64,000 nt of DNA from Haliotis rubra (Eukaryota), in assembly GCF_003918875.1 (NCBI RefSeq), contig NW_025764929.1:186001-250000 (forward strand), read 5' to 3'. Both the position numbers and the translations under genes were made by a program. Under the pieces are notes generated by a model that saw nothing but the letters and a program-made list of their open reading frames with translations, ran no database searches and was not told the DNA's origin. Of this stretch, positions 36,976-51,100 are shown one piece after another (within the stretch, counting starts at the first letter, position 1; every line of letters starts with the position of its first letter).

Positions 36976-37983
36976 AGGGACATAACTGTGGGTGATTTAC
37001 AGTGTCCTAGAATGATTGCTGATGACAGATATCACGTAACCATGGTAACAAGTACAGTGAGACTTTCTGAACATGTTGTTACTAAAAATATGTAGATGTT
37101 TGGAGACCATCTTGAAAATATGACAGCAGATCCTAGTGAAAGAAAAGGTCAAAGTTTCTTTCTTTATGAAGTGATACCATCAAAGTGATGGAATAAGAAT
37201 CGTGGTTTGCCTAAAGGATGTCTGACATAAAAATTCAAACCTCAATGCTTTTGACATCCAGCAAGTTTCTGATAAGACCAACAAGGTCTACTCTACAATA
37301 CAAAGCAACATTTTGTACCGTTGGTCTACTTATGTACAGTATGCCTTGAATGTCCGAATAATTCCTGCATCCATCGGTTGAATATGAGATGTGGTATTTG
37401 GTCACATTTCGCAAAGTTAGCGAAGCACACTTGTGACTTGCAACGTTGTTATGGTTCGTGAACATGACTTACAGCATCCGGACTGTGAAGCAGTTTACTG
37501 TTTATTTTACTGATTGGTTACAGCTACTTACCGTCCGGTTCCGGAAACCGAATTTCTGGATTATCGAGGCAAATTAAATAGGCATAGATTGGTAACAAGC
37601 TAAAATCGTCCGGGAGCAGGAGTCGGGACATCCGGATTATCGGAGTCCAGACTAACGGGGCTTCACTGTATTATGTAGTTATGCCTACTTATCGATATGT
37701 AATATCTGCAAAGAAAGAATGGTCAATGTAACACCGACTAAGGCCCTATGCCAAACCTGTAAATACTATCTATTTATGTATGCCTTGTATATGTGAACAT
37801 CTGTTCATAATTATAATGTCATGTAAACATGTACTGGGAAATAAAAACGTTAAAATAAAAAGAAAAAAAGATCTACTCTTTCGATATTATGTGAATCAAG
37901 ATCTGTCAGCACAGTTGAAGCGGTAATGATGATTTGTCTGGAGAAGCATGTACAGTGTGACTGACCCCTTCTAAAATTTATGT

Positions 37984-38148
37984 GGGTGGTGGGGTAGCCT
38001 AATGGTTAAAGCGTTGACTCGTCACGCCGAAGACCCGGGTTCGAATCCCCACATGGGTACAATGTGTGAAGCCCATTTCTGGTGTCCCCCGTCGTGATGT
38101 TGCTGGAATATTGCTAAAAGCGGCGTAAAACCAAACCCAGTCAGTCAG
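37984..38148 (+). mobile_element. SINE family A
   Basis: Full length, TSD ~tctaaaatttatgt. Confidence 0.9.
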
Positions 38149-38402
38149 TCTAAAATTTTATGTACAAAGTAAGTGAACCCCATGCATGTCATGTACAAAA
38201 TCAATGACCCCTCCTTAAAATCATCATCACCGCCCCTAGCCATAAATTGTGAACAGTCCCTAACCATCTTGCCTGATGGCACATCAGAATGGTAAATGTC
38301 TCAGTTCCACATCACTTTGGATTTTCTCCAACATGTTGCTGACTCCATTACTGAGTATGGCATTAAACAGACATAATAACAAGATGGCACCTGGTGTTGC
38401 AG

Positions 38403-38695
38403 CTGCTGACACGGCTGATGAGGGACCTGGATCACGACATCCCCAACCTGGCGCTGGATGGGATGAAGACGATGGACGATGTCCTCACCTACTTCTCCAC
38501 TCCTGTCAGAACACCGCTGCATATGACGACCTCGCGAAGCTCGACTTGCCCAAAAACTTGCACATTCAGATGGAACCTTTACGATTTGACAAAGACACAG
38601 ATACAATGTTTGGTGGAAAGACTGCCTTCCCCCATAGGCCAACGATTGTGTCCAGTTTACGATACAAGCACAAGTATGGGAAGGAGAAGAACTAG
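38403..38695 (+). CDS. MRPL50: MRPL50 last exon (apparent 1-nt deletion at ~38510)
   Basis: LLTRL..HDIPNLALDGMKTMDDVLTYFSTPV / AYDDLAKLDLPKNLHIQMEPLRF..TAFPHRPTIVSSLRYK. Confidence 0.9.
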
Positions 38696-40514
38696 TCATG
38701 TGATGTGTGTTGATTGTGTATTTTATTGTGTGATGTCAGAGAGGAAGATATTAGTGCTAGAAGGTCAAGGCCAGCTATTGGACGACATAAACACATTGGT
38801 ATCCAAGTTTTTCAGGATGGCTGAAATTCTGTGAAAGAGAACTGATCCTGCTCGCTTCTCAAAATTGCAACGATTTGTTGGCTACAGTTACTAGTGTTGG
38901 GAATTGGTTAATACCGGTATCTCATAATTGATGATTGGTTCATTACAACCGATCAATCATCGAAAATAGTTGGTTAGCGTCATTTATGAAATTTGTTAAT
39001 GCACATAAAAATAAGGAAAAAAAACCCATGTAGTTCTTTTGGGGCTTTTTGGCAAAATTTCACATCTTTAAAGGATGACTAGTACCGGTATGTTATGAAC
39101 ATAAACTTCTTGGAGCTTTTAAGATAAATTCAATCATGACTTGAAACGAGCTTGTAGTGCTTACAAAATGTAACAGACAAAACCAACCATGTGAAAAAAA
39201 TATTGTTAATGAAAACGTGTTCCAAAATTGGTTGTGTTCGATTATGAGAAATTATGATCGATTGCTTGGTCGTTTAGTCACTACGACAAATCTTCGATTA
39301 TTTCAATTAATCGGACCACCACTAACAGTTACACACCAATGCAAGAAACCTGTGTGAATATTAGGGCTAAAGAATTGATTGAATATGTGTTATATGGCTT
39401 ATATTTACTTTCAACCTTTTCAAAACGTATGGTTACTCACTTTTGTTTTGATGTGCATTCATTCAGTGTACATAAGGAATGTATCTCAGTCAATGATTGA
39501 CTGTCACTTGTCCTCTGGTTGGGACATGGGGCTTGCATAGTATTGAACTTCATTTTCACTAATCAAAGTTTCAGAAACAATTCAAATTTCAATTCACATA
39601 ACAATAACCTGATGAAATATGTTTATGACAGTGGTGTGATAGCAAGAGAGTGGGAAGTTATCTCCCTTGACTCTAGTTCCCCACAATGACATTGTTCTCT
39701 CAACAGGTTAGTGTGACCTGGGATCTCGGCCATCTTGTTGATTACTTGTTCAAGCCCTGGAGTTTTGTACCTCAACTATAAAATCTGACTTGGAAACAAA
39801 CGTTTTCTTTGTTCCTTTGTAATTATCAACAATAGTGTTGATATTGACGAATGTTTGGATATGTGCAAGTCAGACCTGATTTCTGTAGTTATATTTGGGA
39901 ATGTATTTGCTATAATTGATGACTAGTGACCAAATACACCAATGCCTTTAAAAATAAACAAAATAGCAATAATATATTTTTGTTTCACAGACTTAGCGTT
40001 ATTCAATAGATTAATATGTAGAAATAAACAAAACTGAAAACAATGTTAAGAATTGAAGTACCTAAAACATATTTTAATAATAATTATGAAACACATGGAA
40101 TATTGTCTCTGGCCACTGTACACCTGTTTCAGAGCGAGACTTTCTTAGAAGTACATACAGACATTTCAAAGTAAGATCAGCAGCGACCATGGTAAACAGT
40201 TTACAATTTTACATTGATTTTCTGACAAAGAACCAACAGACTTAGCCGAGAAATGCCAAGTTGTTTTTGTTTTAGTTTTAACAGCCCTATTTAATTATCT
40301 GTGATCTGTGAGGACGGTCGGTGGCTCAGTCCCCGTCCTCCTCAAGGCAAAAGGTGTTGAAAGATAGTATGTCTTGTTTCACTGATGTCGACACTTTATG
40401 TATTGACTGGTCTGCCTGGAGGCCGTACAGAGTGTCTGAGTTGGGGGTAGCCATGTTTAACTTCTGTGTCATACCCATGTGGGTTACATCTGTAAAACCA
40501 GTACTAATTATGTT

Positions 40515-40715
40515 GGTTGGTTGTTGTTTAACGCCACACTCAGCAATATTCCAGCTATATGGCTGTGGTCTGTAAATAATCGAGTCTGGACCAGACAATG
40601 CAGTGATCAACAGTATGAGCATCGATCTACACAACTGGGAACCCATGTCATGTGTCAACCAAGTCGGTGATCCTGACCACCTGATTCCTTCAGTCACCTC
40701 TTACGACAAGCATGG
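40515..40715 (-). mobile_element. SINE-like family B
   Basis: Match to family B. Confidence 0.8.
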
Positions 40716-41071
40716 TAATTATTTTGGACTCCTACAAGCAGCCACACGGCCCCACCCCAACCAATCCCCACTCCCACACACAATGCCATTCCCACACATG
40801 CATGCATGATGCTGTATGAAACATCCTGAAATTAACACTGTGCCCCCTCAACTCAACCACAGAATGTGACCTGTCTGATTGTGTATGGTTGTACCCAGAT
40901 GATAGGTATGCTGTTTTGACTATGGCTTCAAGTAATATCCAGTGGATAGTCGGGGTAGCCGAGCGGTTACAGCATAGGCGGATCCTTTTGTCCTGACAGT
41001 TTATTAAATGACCATTGAAAACAGGTGAAAATGAAGTGTGCATCCCCCTTTCTCTGCTGTATCCGGCCCTG

Positions 41072-41305
41072 TTAAAGTGGTCGCATGTCATGCGGAAGGT
41101 CTGGGTTCGATTCCCCACATGGGTACAATGTGTGAAGCCCATTTCTGGTATGCCCCGCTGTGATAATGCTGGAATATTGCTAAGTTGCTATAAAATCCAA
41201 CGCTCACTCACTCACCTCACCTCACCCACCTCACCTCACCCTCACCTCACCTCACCTCACCTCACCCCACCTACCTCACTCACTCACTCACCTCACTCAC
41301 TCACA
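41072..41305 (+). mobile_element. SINE family A with an expanded (CTCAC)n tail
   Basis: B-box, family A body, tail expanded into a microsatellite. Confidence 0.8.
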
Positions 41306-42233
41306 TCCAGTCTCTCCTGTCTGTTATTAGACCTGAAAGGAGTGCACAGCATGTTAGGGCAATACAAACCTAAAACAAGCTCAAATGATTTTTAATCAGT
41401 TTAATAGTAGATCTAATAATGGTCACAGCAGTTAATAAGGGATATTGTATGCAATACATGTTGGAACATTCATGCCAACACATTTACTCAATTATTTTAA
41501 AGTCTTGACTCTCAGGCCCTGGACCATGTTATTGACTCCTCCACCTTGTAACTTCCGCATTGCATAAACCCTAGATGAAGCAATTCCACGCATTATTTTG
41601 GTTCAGGTTCTGAATCTCCCGCTCTCTACCTCTTTTAAATAAAATAGGCATTTGCTTCTATCAGATACTACGCGTCTGTCTAATTATTCAGTTACAGGCG
41701 TGAATTATTAATGCTAAATCGACTTGGCATGTGGGCTATATATAGATCAAAACAAACGACCTCCAAAGAAAGTATTTCCAGTGATAGTGATAATTGATGA
41801 CGTGGATGTCTCAATTAGCGCGACACGCCAAAATGGTGGTAACTTTTTATCCCGTACCGGTGATTATGTAATACTGTGTACCTCGCCGACCAAGGCGAAG
41901 TGCAGGCGGGGGTCCCAGCAATTTGAGCATGTGTGTCATCTACCCTGCTATTTAGATAGACATTTTGGGACAAATAGTGCTTCGTTATCCTACTTTAAAT
42001 TCAGCTTGGAAGCAACGAAAGGAGGTACTCTCGAATTACAGGTTCTTGAAGAACCGGGCAAGAAGACATTTGGTGGTCTTCAGTCTGATGAGTGTGTTAC
42101 AGGTAAGATATATATTGGGAATCGCTACAAATGCATTGATACAGTATTTATGACCGGCAGTAACGTGGGGTGCTTTTCGGTGTTGTGATTCCTGTCAGCG
42201 TTATGCTGAGGTGAATTCCAACGGGGATTTCTG

Positions 42234-42391
42234 GGGCCTTGGGGTAGTCTAGTGGTTAAAGCGTTCGCTCGTCACGCCCAAGTGTTCGATTCCCTACATG
42301 GGTACAATGTGTGACGCCCATTTCCGGTGTCCCCGCCGTGATATTGCTGGAATATTGCTAAAGGCGGCGTAAAACTAAACTCACTCACTCA
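42234..42391 (+). mobile_element. SINE family A
   Basis: Match to family A. Confidence 0.85.
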
Positions 42392-42589
42392 TGGGGGTTT
42401 CGGGGCGGAACCCTTCCGTGGTCTCGTGGATAGAGTGTCTGCTTGGAGAGCGCAAGGTCAGTGGTTCGATTCTCGGCCGCGTAATATCAGTTAAATTTAA
42501 GCCTGAAGCATGGAACGTCACTTGATCTGGTCCGAACCTGTACAAACGAACGGGTGCATGTACTTCCTAATATAAATTTAATAAACGTA

Positions 42590-43105
42590 AACGCAGCCTT
42601 AAACCCCACGTCCCAGAACGCAACCTAACACCATGTCCCTGAACGCAACCTAAACCCCATGTCATTGAACGCAACCTTAACCCCATGTCCCTGAACGCAA
42701 GCTTAACCCCATGTCATTGAACGCAACCTTAACCCCAAGTCATTGAACGCAACCATAACCCCATGTCCCTGAACGCAACCATAACCCCATGTCCCTGAAC
42801 GCAATCTTAACCCCATGTCCCTGAAAGCAACCGTAATCCTCATGTCCCTGAACGCAACCTTAACTCCATGTCCCTGAACACAACCTTAACCCCATGTCAT
42901 TGAACACAACCTTAACCCCATGTCCCTGAACGCAACCTTAACCCCATGTCCCTGAACACAACCTTAACCCCATGTCGCTGAACACAACCTTAACCCCATG
43001 TCATTGAACACAACCTTAACCCCATGTCATTGAACACAACCTCAATCCCCATGTCCCTGAACGCAACCTCAACCCCCATGTCCCTGAACGCAACCTTAAC
43101 CCTCA
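42590..43105. repeat. 26-bp minisatellite
   Basis: Unit aaccccatgtccctgaacgcaacctt. Confidence 0.95.
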
Positions 43106-43267
43106 TATCACATAGGGCAATGGGTTAGCCCCGGCGAAGTAGGTTGTTGCTGTTACTGTTTACCAATTTTGTGCTGGGGCCGATTTGTCGTTGTACAACG
43201 CCCAGATGGAATTTTGATGTTTGCGTCTTTTTCACACACCCTCTCAACTTTTACTTGTCACTTAATA

Positions 43268-44534
43268 TAGTATGACCAGAAATTATTGAGAATTTTAGGA
43301 ATATGTTTAATTGGATTTCTAGTACAAACAACCTTGACCAGCTATCAAGTGCTTGGTTTCATTCAAGAGAGACAACTTCGTTAATCCTTTTTCATTATTT
43401 TGTGAAGAGTTATCCCCCTTTGTTTATTGCTAGCAGACGACATTTTCAGTGATCCTCAGTGTGGATGAATTAGAGAAGGGGAAGTTGATTTTAGAGTATT
43501 ATAACAAGGACATCAGTTCAGCTAAAGTGATTTCAAGTAGAACAGGCATCCCTTTGTCCACTGTTTATCGTGTTTTGAAAAATATTGCAAATGGATATGG
43601 CATTGAGCACCAGGGAGGCACAGGTAGGCCCAGAAAATGGACTGTCGGTGACAGGAGGCGGCTTGGTATTCTTGTTTCTAAAAGCAAACGAAGGAGTTTA
43701 GAAAACTTAAGGCTGGATATGATTGATAGAGGAACTGTGGCTGTCTGTAAGGAGACAATTAGAACTGAGCTGCATGCAATGGGTTGGCAGAAAAGTCGAG
43801 GAAGTTTATCACCGATCATGAAACCTGAACAAAAGGAGTGAAGGTTGAACTGGTGCTTACAGCATAGAAATTTTAACTAGGACAATGTGATTTTCTCAGA
43901 TGAAAGTTCTGTGTGGCTGTTTCCTAATACACTGAAATTCTGGACCAAACAAACTGAAAACCTTTGTATCAGCGCCCAAAGTACAGTCCGAAATTTAACG
44001 TGTGGGGTGGCATATCTGTGTTAGGGGCAACACCCCTCTTTGTATTTGAAGGGAATATGAACAGTGAGCGGTACACAGATATTTTCGAGGGACATTTACT
44101 TCCATCTGCTCACGTGTTCTATGGAAATTTTTGGATTTTCAAGCAGGACAACGACCCAAAACATCGTTCAAAGCATTCACAGGCCTGGTTTCGGACCCAA
44201 AATATGACATTATTAGATTGGCCAAGCTATAGCCCTGACCTAAATCCAATAGAAAATGTTTGGGGACTTATGCAGGAAAGTGTCAATAAGAAAAATCTGC
44301 CAAATATTGCTGAAATGACAGAAGAGGTGGTCCGATATTGGGACAGCATGGACCATGACAACTTTTTTGATCAGTAGTATGCCCCGCCGCGTTGAAGCCT
44401 GCATTGCTGCCCATGGTGACTTGACACCATCTGGAGTTATGTTCTGCTAATATTCACATTTAATACGTGAGTAATGAATGAAAAAAATACAAAATTTACA
44501 ATCTTTAAATTCTTAATAATTTCTGATTGTACTG
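43268..44534 (+). mobile_element. Tc1 (DD34E) transposon, full length but inactivated
   Basis: ~30-bp TIRs (t/c)agta..(c/t)cagaaattatt(g/a)agaattt with TA flanks. HTH plus GRPRK, FSDES, QDNDPKH..SPDLNPIENVW. Premature stops and a frameshift. Confidence 0.9.
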
Positions 44535-44536
44535 TA

Positions 44537-44836
44537 TATACTACTCACACTTTACCAAGGATCACAAAAATTCACAACTTTACTTAAACGTTGATTCATT
44601 ATTTGAAATTGTATCAATTTAAAACTTGAAAATAATAATATGGGAACCCCTCTTTAAGCAAACAGTCATTTTAATCTAACCTTATGCACTTGATACATGA
44701 GTAACCATAAAATGACATACTGAAACCTAGGATCCATGCTTACAATAAGCTTAGATATTTAAACCACATTTGACTCCACATCATAGTTTTCTGTTCAATC
44801 CATGATTTGATCCTTAGCGTACTGTGAATAGTATAG
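44537..44836. mobile_element. MITE, same family as 5301-5699 (internally deleted)
   Basis: Same TIRs and interior. Confidence 0.85.
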
Positions 44837-45363
44837 GTGGGTAACAGTAGTAGGCAAGGGCTAATTTGCTGATTTCAAAGCTATTTAAATGACGCGTTTT
44901 TCTCTTCAAGCATTGCATCATACGGTTATGCGCACACACTACGCTCAATATTTGAAAGGATAAGAAATATTACGGAACGTAAAGGGATAATCGTATTCAA
45001 CTTATGATTAATTTACTTAAAGCTGCTCTCGTTTAAGTTTCTTTGCAACATTGAGCACTATTAGTGTGACACATCTCAGCAATCGGCCAAACTAAACCCC
45101 GCCATGTACAGAACAAATGTCCCAATCAAAGTAACCCCCAGGCCTGGGTGATATCGGGATGTGTCCCTCGATAAAACCCTCACTTTAATGTCGAAAATAT
45201 AGTTCCACATACATCACCCACACAAACACACTTTATTGTTATGAATTTTGACGGCATTCCCTGGGGTTTTTTTTAAATAACCTATTTTAGGCAAAGCAAA
45301 ATGGTGAAAATGACCCGTCAAAATTAGTACATCGTAAATCTCGTCATTTTTGTAACGCTACGT

Positions 45364-45527
45364 GGGGAGGTGATGTAGCCTGGTTGTTAAGTGTTCGCTG
45401 GTCACGTTGAAGACCTGAGTTCGATTCCCCACATGAGTACAATGTGTAAAGCCCATTTCTGGTGTCCCCCGCCATGATATTGCTGGAATATTGCTATTTA
45501 AGCGGCGTAAAACTATACTCACTCACT
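45364..45527 (+). mobile_element. SINE family A
   Basis: TSD tgtaacgctacg. Confidence 0.88.
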
Positions 45528-45852
45528 GTAACGCTACGAATCTGTCATTTTAAGCGTTTTTAGAGTATTTATTAAAATGTAAAATCGGATATTTACTCGG
45601 AGGATTGAATTTAGAAAATAGCATAGTGGTCAGGTTTTTTTTTATACAATCACCAATAATTATTCTGCAACGTCGCCGATAAGCGTTAGATCTAGAATCG
45701 TTTTAAAATACACACACAAAAGCGCCGGGGTGGACTTTCCGCTCTATTGGATGGCCAATTTGTAATGGATATATATATATATTAGCATGCAGATCCATTT
45801 GATAGATATTATGTCGTTGAGATATTAGGCTGCATTTTACTTTTCGTAAAGA

Positions 45853-46092
45853 CCCGTGAAGGTCCGGGAGAATGAATATTCAGTAACCCATGCTTGTCGT
45901 AAGAGGCGACTAACGGGATCGGGTGGTCAGGCTCGCTGGCTTCGTTGACACTTGTCATCGGTTCCCAATTGCGCATATCGATGCTCATGATGTTGATCAC
46001 TGGATTGTCTGGTCCAGACTCGATTATTTACAAACCGCCGCCATATCGCTGAAATATTGCTGAGTGCGGCGTAAAACTAAACCCACTCACTC
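45853..46092 (+). mobile_element. SINE-like family B (~240 bp)
   Basis: cccgtgaag...gtcgtaagaggcgactaa...gaaatattgct..gcggcgtaaaac(CACT)n, TSD cttttcgtaaaga. Confidence 0.88.
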
Positions 46093-48114
46093 ACTTTTCG
46101 TAAAGATATCAAATAAAGATAATCGTCGTGGATCACTCTCTTCGGTGTACGATAAAAGTGGAGACATTTACTGTTTCAAACTGCCTTAAAACTTGTACTT
46201 GAATATAAATTATGAGATAGGAGATTGAATATTCTACATCCCTGGGTAACTGGTGCCGTAGTTAGATCCAGTGCTCCGCGAGGAGCTTTCACGTTTCAGA
46301 TCTTACGAAAATGTGCGTCAGAAAGAAACTCCTCTTTATTCAGCGGAGCAAGCAGTACATTAAGTAACAATAACACGTTAACCTATTTTGTCGACACTTA
46401 TGAACAAGCATGTGCAACCACGTGTACTCACGTGATCTGAATTATGGTATCAAATCAGTCACCCGGTTTATATTTCATAGCTACCATTGTGCTTTGAATA
46501 ACATCAGTATTCTTTTAGAATTATCATTTATCAACTCCATCTCTTGAAGACCCTTCTCAACATCAAGTACTCAGGTTATAAGCAAGATGTGTTCATTTCG
46601 CCTGCGCAACAAAACACCTTCCTTGGCTGAAAGAAAGTGATGTCGCCAGACAATGATTTGTTCAAATATTGATAATTTTTTACCAAATTTGGATGTGGAC
46701 AGTTAAAATACAGACATGTTCGATTGCCCCAAGAATCGGTCAATAGTCTGAAGTGACAGCTACAGGACGGGGGGACCATGAGACCGGAGCCCGACTGCGG
46801 GACGCTGGTGGAAATGTTTGTCTCCCTCGCAAGTTCTGTATCAGCCTATCAAAAATCTCTCGGAGCTAATTCATTCCCCCTGGGTCGTGTGGTAACATTT
46901 AGCGTGACACAAGGAGTCCAGGTAGCCGGTAAGTTCATTTTACAGCTCTGCGAATTTGATTTTTAACTTGTGGTTTAGGAGAAAGGCTGTTTTGTAGAAA
47001 TTCAAGGTCAAACTGACCTGATGCATGGCATGTTGTTATTTTAATCACAGATTAACTGATGAAATTCACATACAATTGTAAGATTAGCAATTGTGTAGTA
47101 TGCGGTGTTGAGATTTTAGTCATAATTATCGCCATTATATCACACAAACTGGAACTTGACAAGATGTACTTTGTGTTTGCATACAGGCTATTCCCCAAAC
47201 TGTCATAAACCCACTCTACAGTTAACATGATCATATGAAATTAAGTAATATCATATTAATGTGATATATGTCTTAAAAATTAACCACAATATCCTCTGTG
47301 TATTTTTACAATTCAGATGAATAGGACAAACAGTGTCTAATATAAGCTGAATTTGTTTATACATTTCCCCTTGTTTGATTGGACTTGGGGTATGCTAATT
47401 AAATTAATGCTGAGAATATTGTGCTATAAGTTACGTACCTATTGACACAATAAGGACCTCGCAGAAAATATCCCAAATTCTTCTCTACATACACTGACAT
47501 AACGGGACGGTTGGACAATATTTGATCTCTGCTGTTTTAGACAGAAAACAAGTCTGTTATATTTTTTGGTATTCTGGATGTGAGGCGTCCTTTGATTTGA
47601 GTGCAGCAGAGTATGTAACTGTCTGTGTTGCCGCCCGTTGGACATATAGGCTCTCATTCTGTAAGAAGCGATTCAGCGCGTTTGAGCATCTTAACAAAAT
47701 AGGTAGGGGTCTCTGGAGGAGGGGGGCCCAGTGGGGAGGGGACCACCTGAGCGGGATCACACAATGTCCTTTCTCTTGTGTTTACATGGTTTTGTTGTCT
47801 GTGTAAAACAAGACGTGAAGTCACTGAGAGGAGGCATTGAGTTCACACGTAGCTGTGGATACTGGAGAATCGCGGTGCAGTTCTCTTCACGTCGGCATCT
47901 TGTCTGGGTGACAGGTTCGCTCGCCAGATGCGGGGGACTCACAGTGAGTAAAGGGTACGTTATACACAGGGCGAGTTTGGGACTGGCTTGGACAAGGTAA
48001 ACCTTGTTAGTTGGTCGTGTGTACAGTGTGATCTAATTGAGGTCGGATATTCAGGTAGTTGTCAGCGCAGAGTGAGTGAGTGAGTTTAGCTTTACGCCGC
48101 CCTCAGCAATATTT

Positions 48115-51100
48115 GTCGGTGCAGATATTACCTGTGTTATGATCAATGTAGATGTTACCTGTGTCAAGATCAAGATCAAGGCAGATGTTACCTCTGTTCT
48201 GATTAAAGTGGCTATTAATGCAGATGTTACCTGTGTTCTGATCGAGTTGGCTATCAATGCAGATGTTACCTGTGTTACCTGTGTTATCAATGCAGATGTT
48301 ACCTGTGTTCTGATCGAGGTGGTTATCAATGCAGATGTTACCTGTGTCCAGATCGAGGTGCTTACCAGTGTAGATGTTACCTGTGTTCTGATCGAGGTGG
48401 TTACCAATGTAGATGTTACCTGTGTTCTGATCGAGGTGGTTACCAATGTAGATGTTACCTGTGTTCTGATCGAGGTGGTTATCAATGTAGATGTTACCTG
48501 TGTTCTGATCGAGGTGGTTACCAATGCAGATGTTACCTGTGTCCAGATCGAGGTGCTTACCAGTGTAGATGTTACCTGTGTTCTGATCGAGGTGGTTACC
48601 AATGTAGATGTTACCTGTGTTCTGATCGAGGTGGTTATCAATGTAGATGTTACCTGTGTTCTGATCGAGGTGGTTATCAATGCAGATGTTACCTGTGTCC
48701 AGATCGAGGTGCTTACCAGTGTAGATGTTACCTGTGTTCTGATCGAGGTGGTTACCAATGTAGATGTTACCTGTGTTCTGATCGAGTTGGTTATCAATAC
48801 AGATGTCACCTGTGTCCAGATCGAGGTGGTTATCAATACAGATGTCACCTGTGTCCAGATCGCGGTGGTTATCAATACAGTTTTCACCTGTGTCCAGATC
48901 GAGGTGGTTATCAATACAGATGTCACCTGTGTCCAGATCGCGGTGGTTATCAATACAGTTTTCACCTGTGTCCAGATTGCGGTGGTTATCAATACAGATG
49001 TCACCTGTGTCCAGATCGCGGTGGTTATCAATACAGATGTCACCTGTGTCCAGATCGCGGTGGTTATCAATACAGATGTCACCTGTGTCCAGATCGAGGT
49101 GGTTATCAATACAGATGTCACCTGTGTCCAGATCGAGGTGGTTATCAATACAGATGTCACCTGTGTCCAGATCGTGGTGGTTATCAGTGTAGATGTCACC
49201 TGTGTCCAGATCGAGGTGGTTATCAATACAGATGTCACCTGTGTCCAGATCGAGGTGGTTATCAATGCAGATGTTACCTGTGTTCTGATCGAGGTGGTTA
49301 TCAATGCAGATGTTACCTGTGTCCAGATCGAGGTGCTTACCAGTGTAGATGTTACCTGTGTTCTGATCGAGGTAGTTACCAATGTAAATGTTACCTGTGT
49401 TCTGATCGAGTTGGTTATCAATACAGATGTCACCTGTGTTCTGATCAAGGTGGTTATCAATACAGATGTCACCTGTGTCCAGATCGAGGTGGTTATCAAT
49501 ACAGACGTCACCTGTGTCCAGATCGCGGTGGTTATCAATACAGATGTCACCTGTGTCCAGATCGCGGTGGTTATCAATACAGATGTCACCTGTGGCCAGA
49601 TCGAGGTGGTTATCAATACAGATGTCACCTGTGTCCAGATCGTGGTGGTTATCAGTGTAGATGTCACCTGTGTCCTGATCGCGGTGGTTATCAATACAGA
49701 TGTCACCTGTGTCCAGATCGCGGTGGTTATCAATACAGATGTCACCTGTGTTTCTGATCGCGGTGGTTATCAATACAGATGTCACCTGTGTTTCTGATCG
49801 CGGTGGTTATCAATACAGATGTCACCTGTGTCCAGATCGAGGTGGTTATCAATACAGATGTCACCTGTGTCCAGATCGAGGTGGTTATCAATACAGATGT
49901 CACCTGTGTCCAGATCGTGGTGGTTATCAGTGTAGATGTCACCTGTGTCCAGATCGAGGTGGTTATCAATACAGATGTCACCTGTGTCCAGATCGAGGTG
50001 GTTATCAATGCAGATGTTACCTGTGTTGTGATCGAGGTGGTTATCAATGCAGATGTTACCTGTGTCCAGATCGAGGTGCTTACCAGTGTAGATGTTACCT
50101 GTGTTCTGATCGAGGTGGTTACCAATGTAAATGTTACCTGTGTTCTGATCGAGTTGGTTATCAATACAGATGTCACCTGTGTTCTGATCAAGGTGGTTAT
50201 CAATACAGATGTCACCTGTGTCCAGATCGAGGTGGTTATCAATACAGACGTCACCTGTGTCCAGATCGCGGTGGTTATCAATACAGATGTCACCTGTGTC
50301 CAGATCGCGATGGTTATCAATACAGATGTCACCTGTGGCCAGATCGAGGTGGTTATCAATACAGATGTCACCTGTGTCCAGATCGTGGTGGTTATCAGTG
50401 TAGATGTCACCTGTGTCCTGATCGCGGTGGTTATCAATACAGATGTCACCTGTGTCCAGATCAAGGTGGTTATCAATACAGATGTCACCTGTGTCCAGAT
50501 CGAGGTGGTTATCAATACAGATGTCACCTGTGTTTCTGATCGCGGTGGTTATCAATACAGATATCACCTGTGTTTCTGATCGCGGTGGTTATCAATACAG
50601 ATGTCACTTGTGTCCAGATCGCGGTGGTTATCAATACAGATGTCACCTGTGGCCAGATCGAGGTGGTTATCAGTGTAGATGTCACCTGTGTCCAGATTGC
50701 GGTGGTTATCAATACAGATGTCACCTGTGTCCAGATCGCGGTGGTTATCAATACAGATGTCACCTGTGTCCAGATCGTGGTGGTTATCAGTGTAGATGTC
50801 ACCTGTGTCCAGATCGCGTTGGTTATCAATACAGATGTCACCTGTGTCCAGATCAAGGTGGTTATCAGTGTAGATGTCACCTGTGTCCAGATCGAGGTGG
50901 TTATCAATGCAGTTTTCACCTGTGTCCAGTTCGAGGTGGTTATCAATACAAATGCCACCTGTCTTCTGATCGCGGTGGTTATCAATACAGATGTCACCTG
51001 TGTCCAGATCAAGGTGGTTATCAATACAGTTTTCACCTGTGTCCAGTTCGAGGTGGTTATCAATACAAATGCCACCAGTCTTCTGATCAAGGTGGTTATC

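Noticed and set aside
41724-42188. 154-aa ORF
   Set aside because: Non-ATG start, no recognisable motif and no convincing exon structure.
46778-46966. Possible first exon ending at ccg|gtaagt (~46928)
   Set aside because: Only a donor-like site and a short ORF; it cannot be linked to downstream exons from sequence alone.
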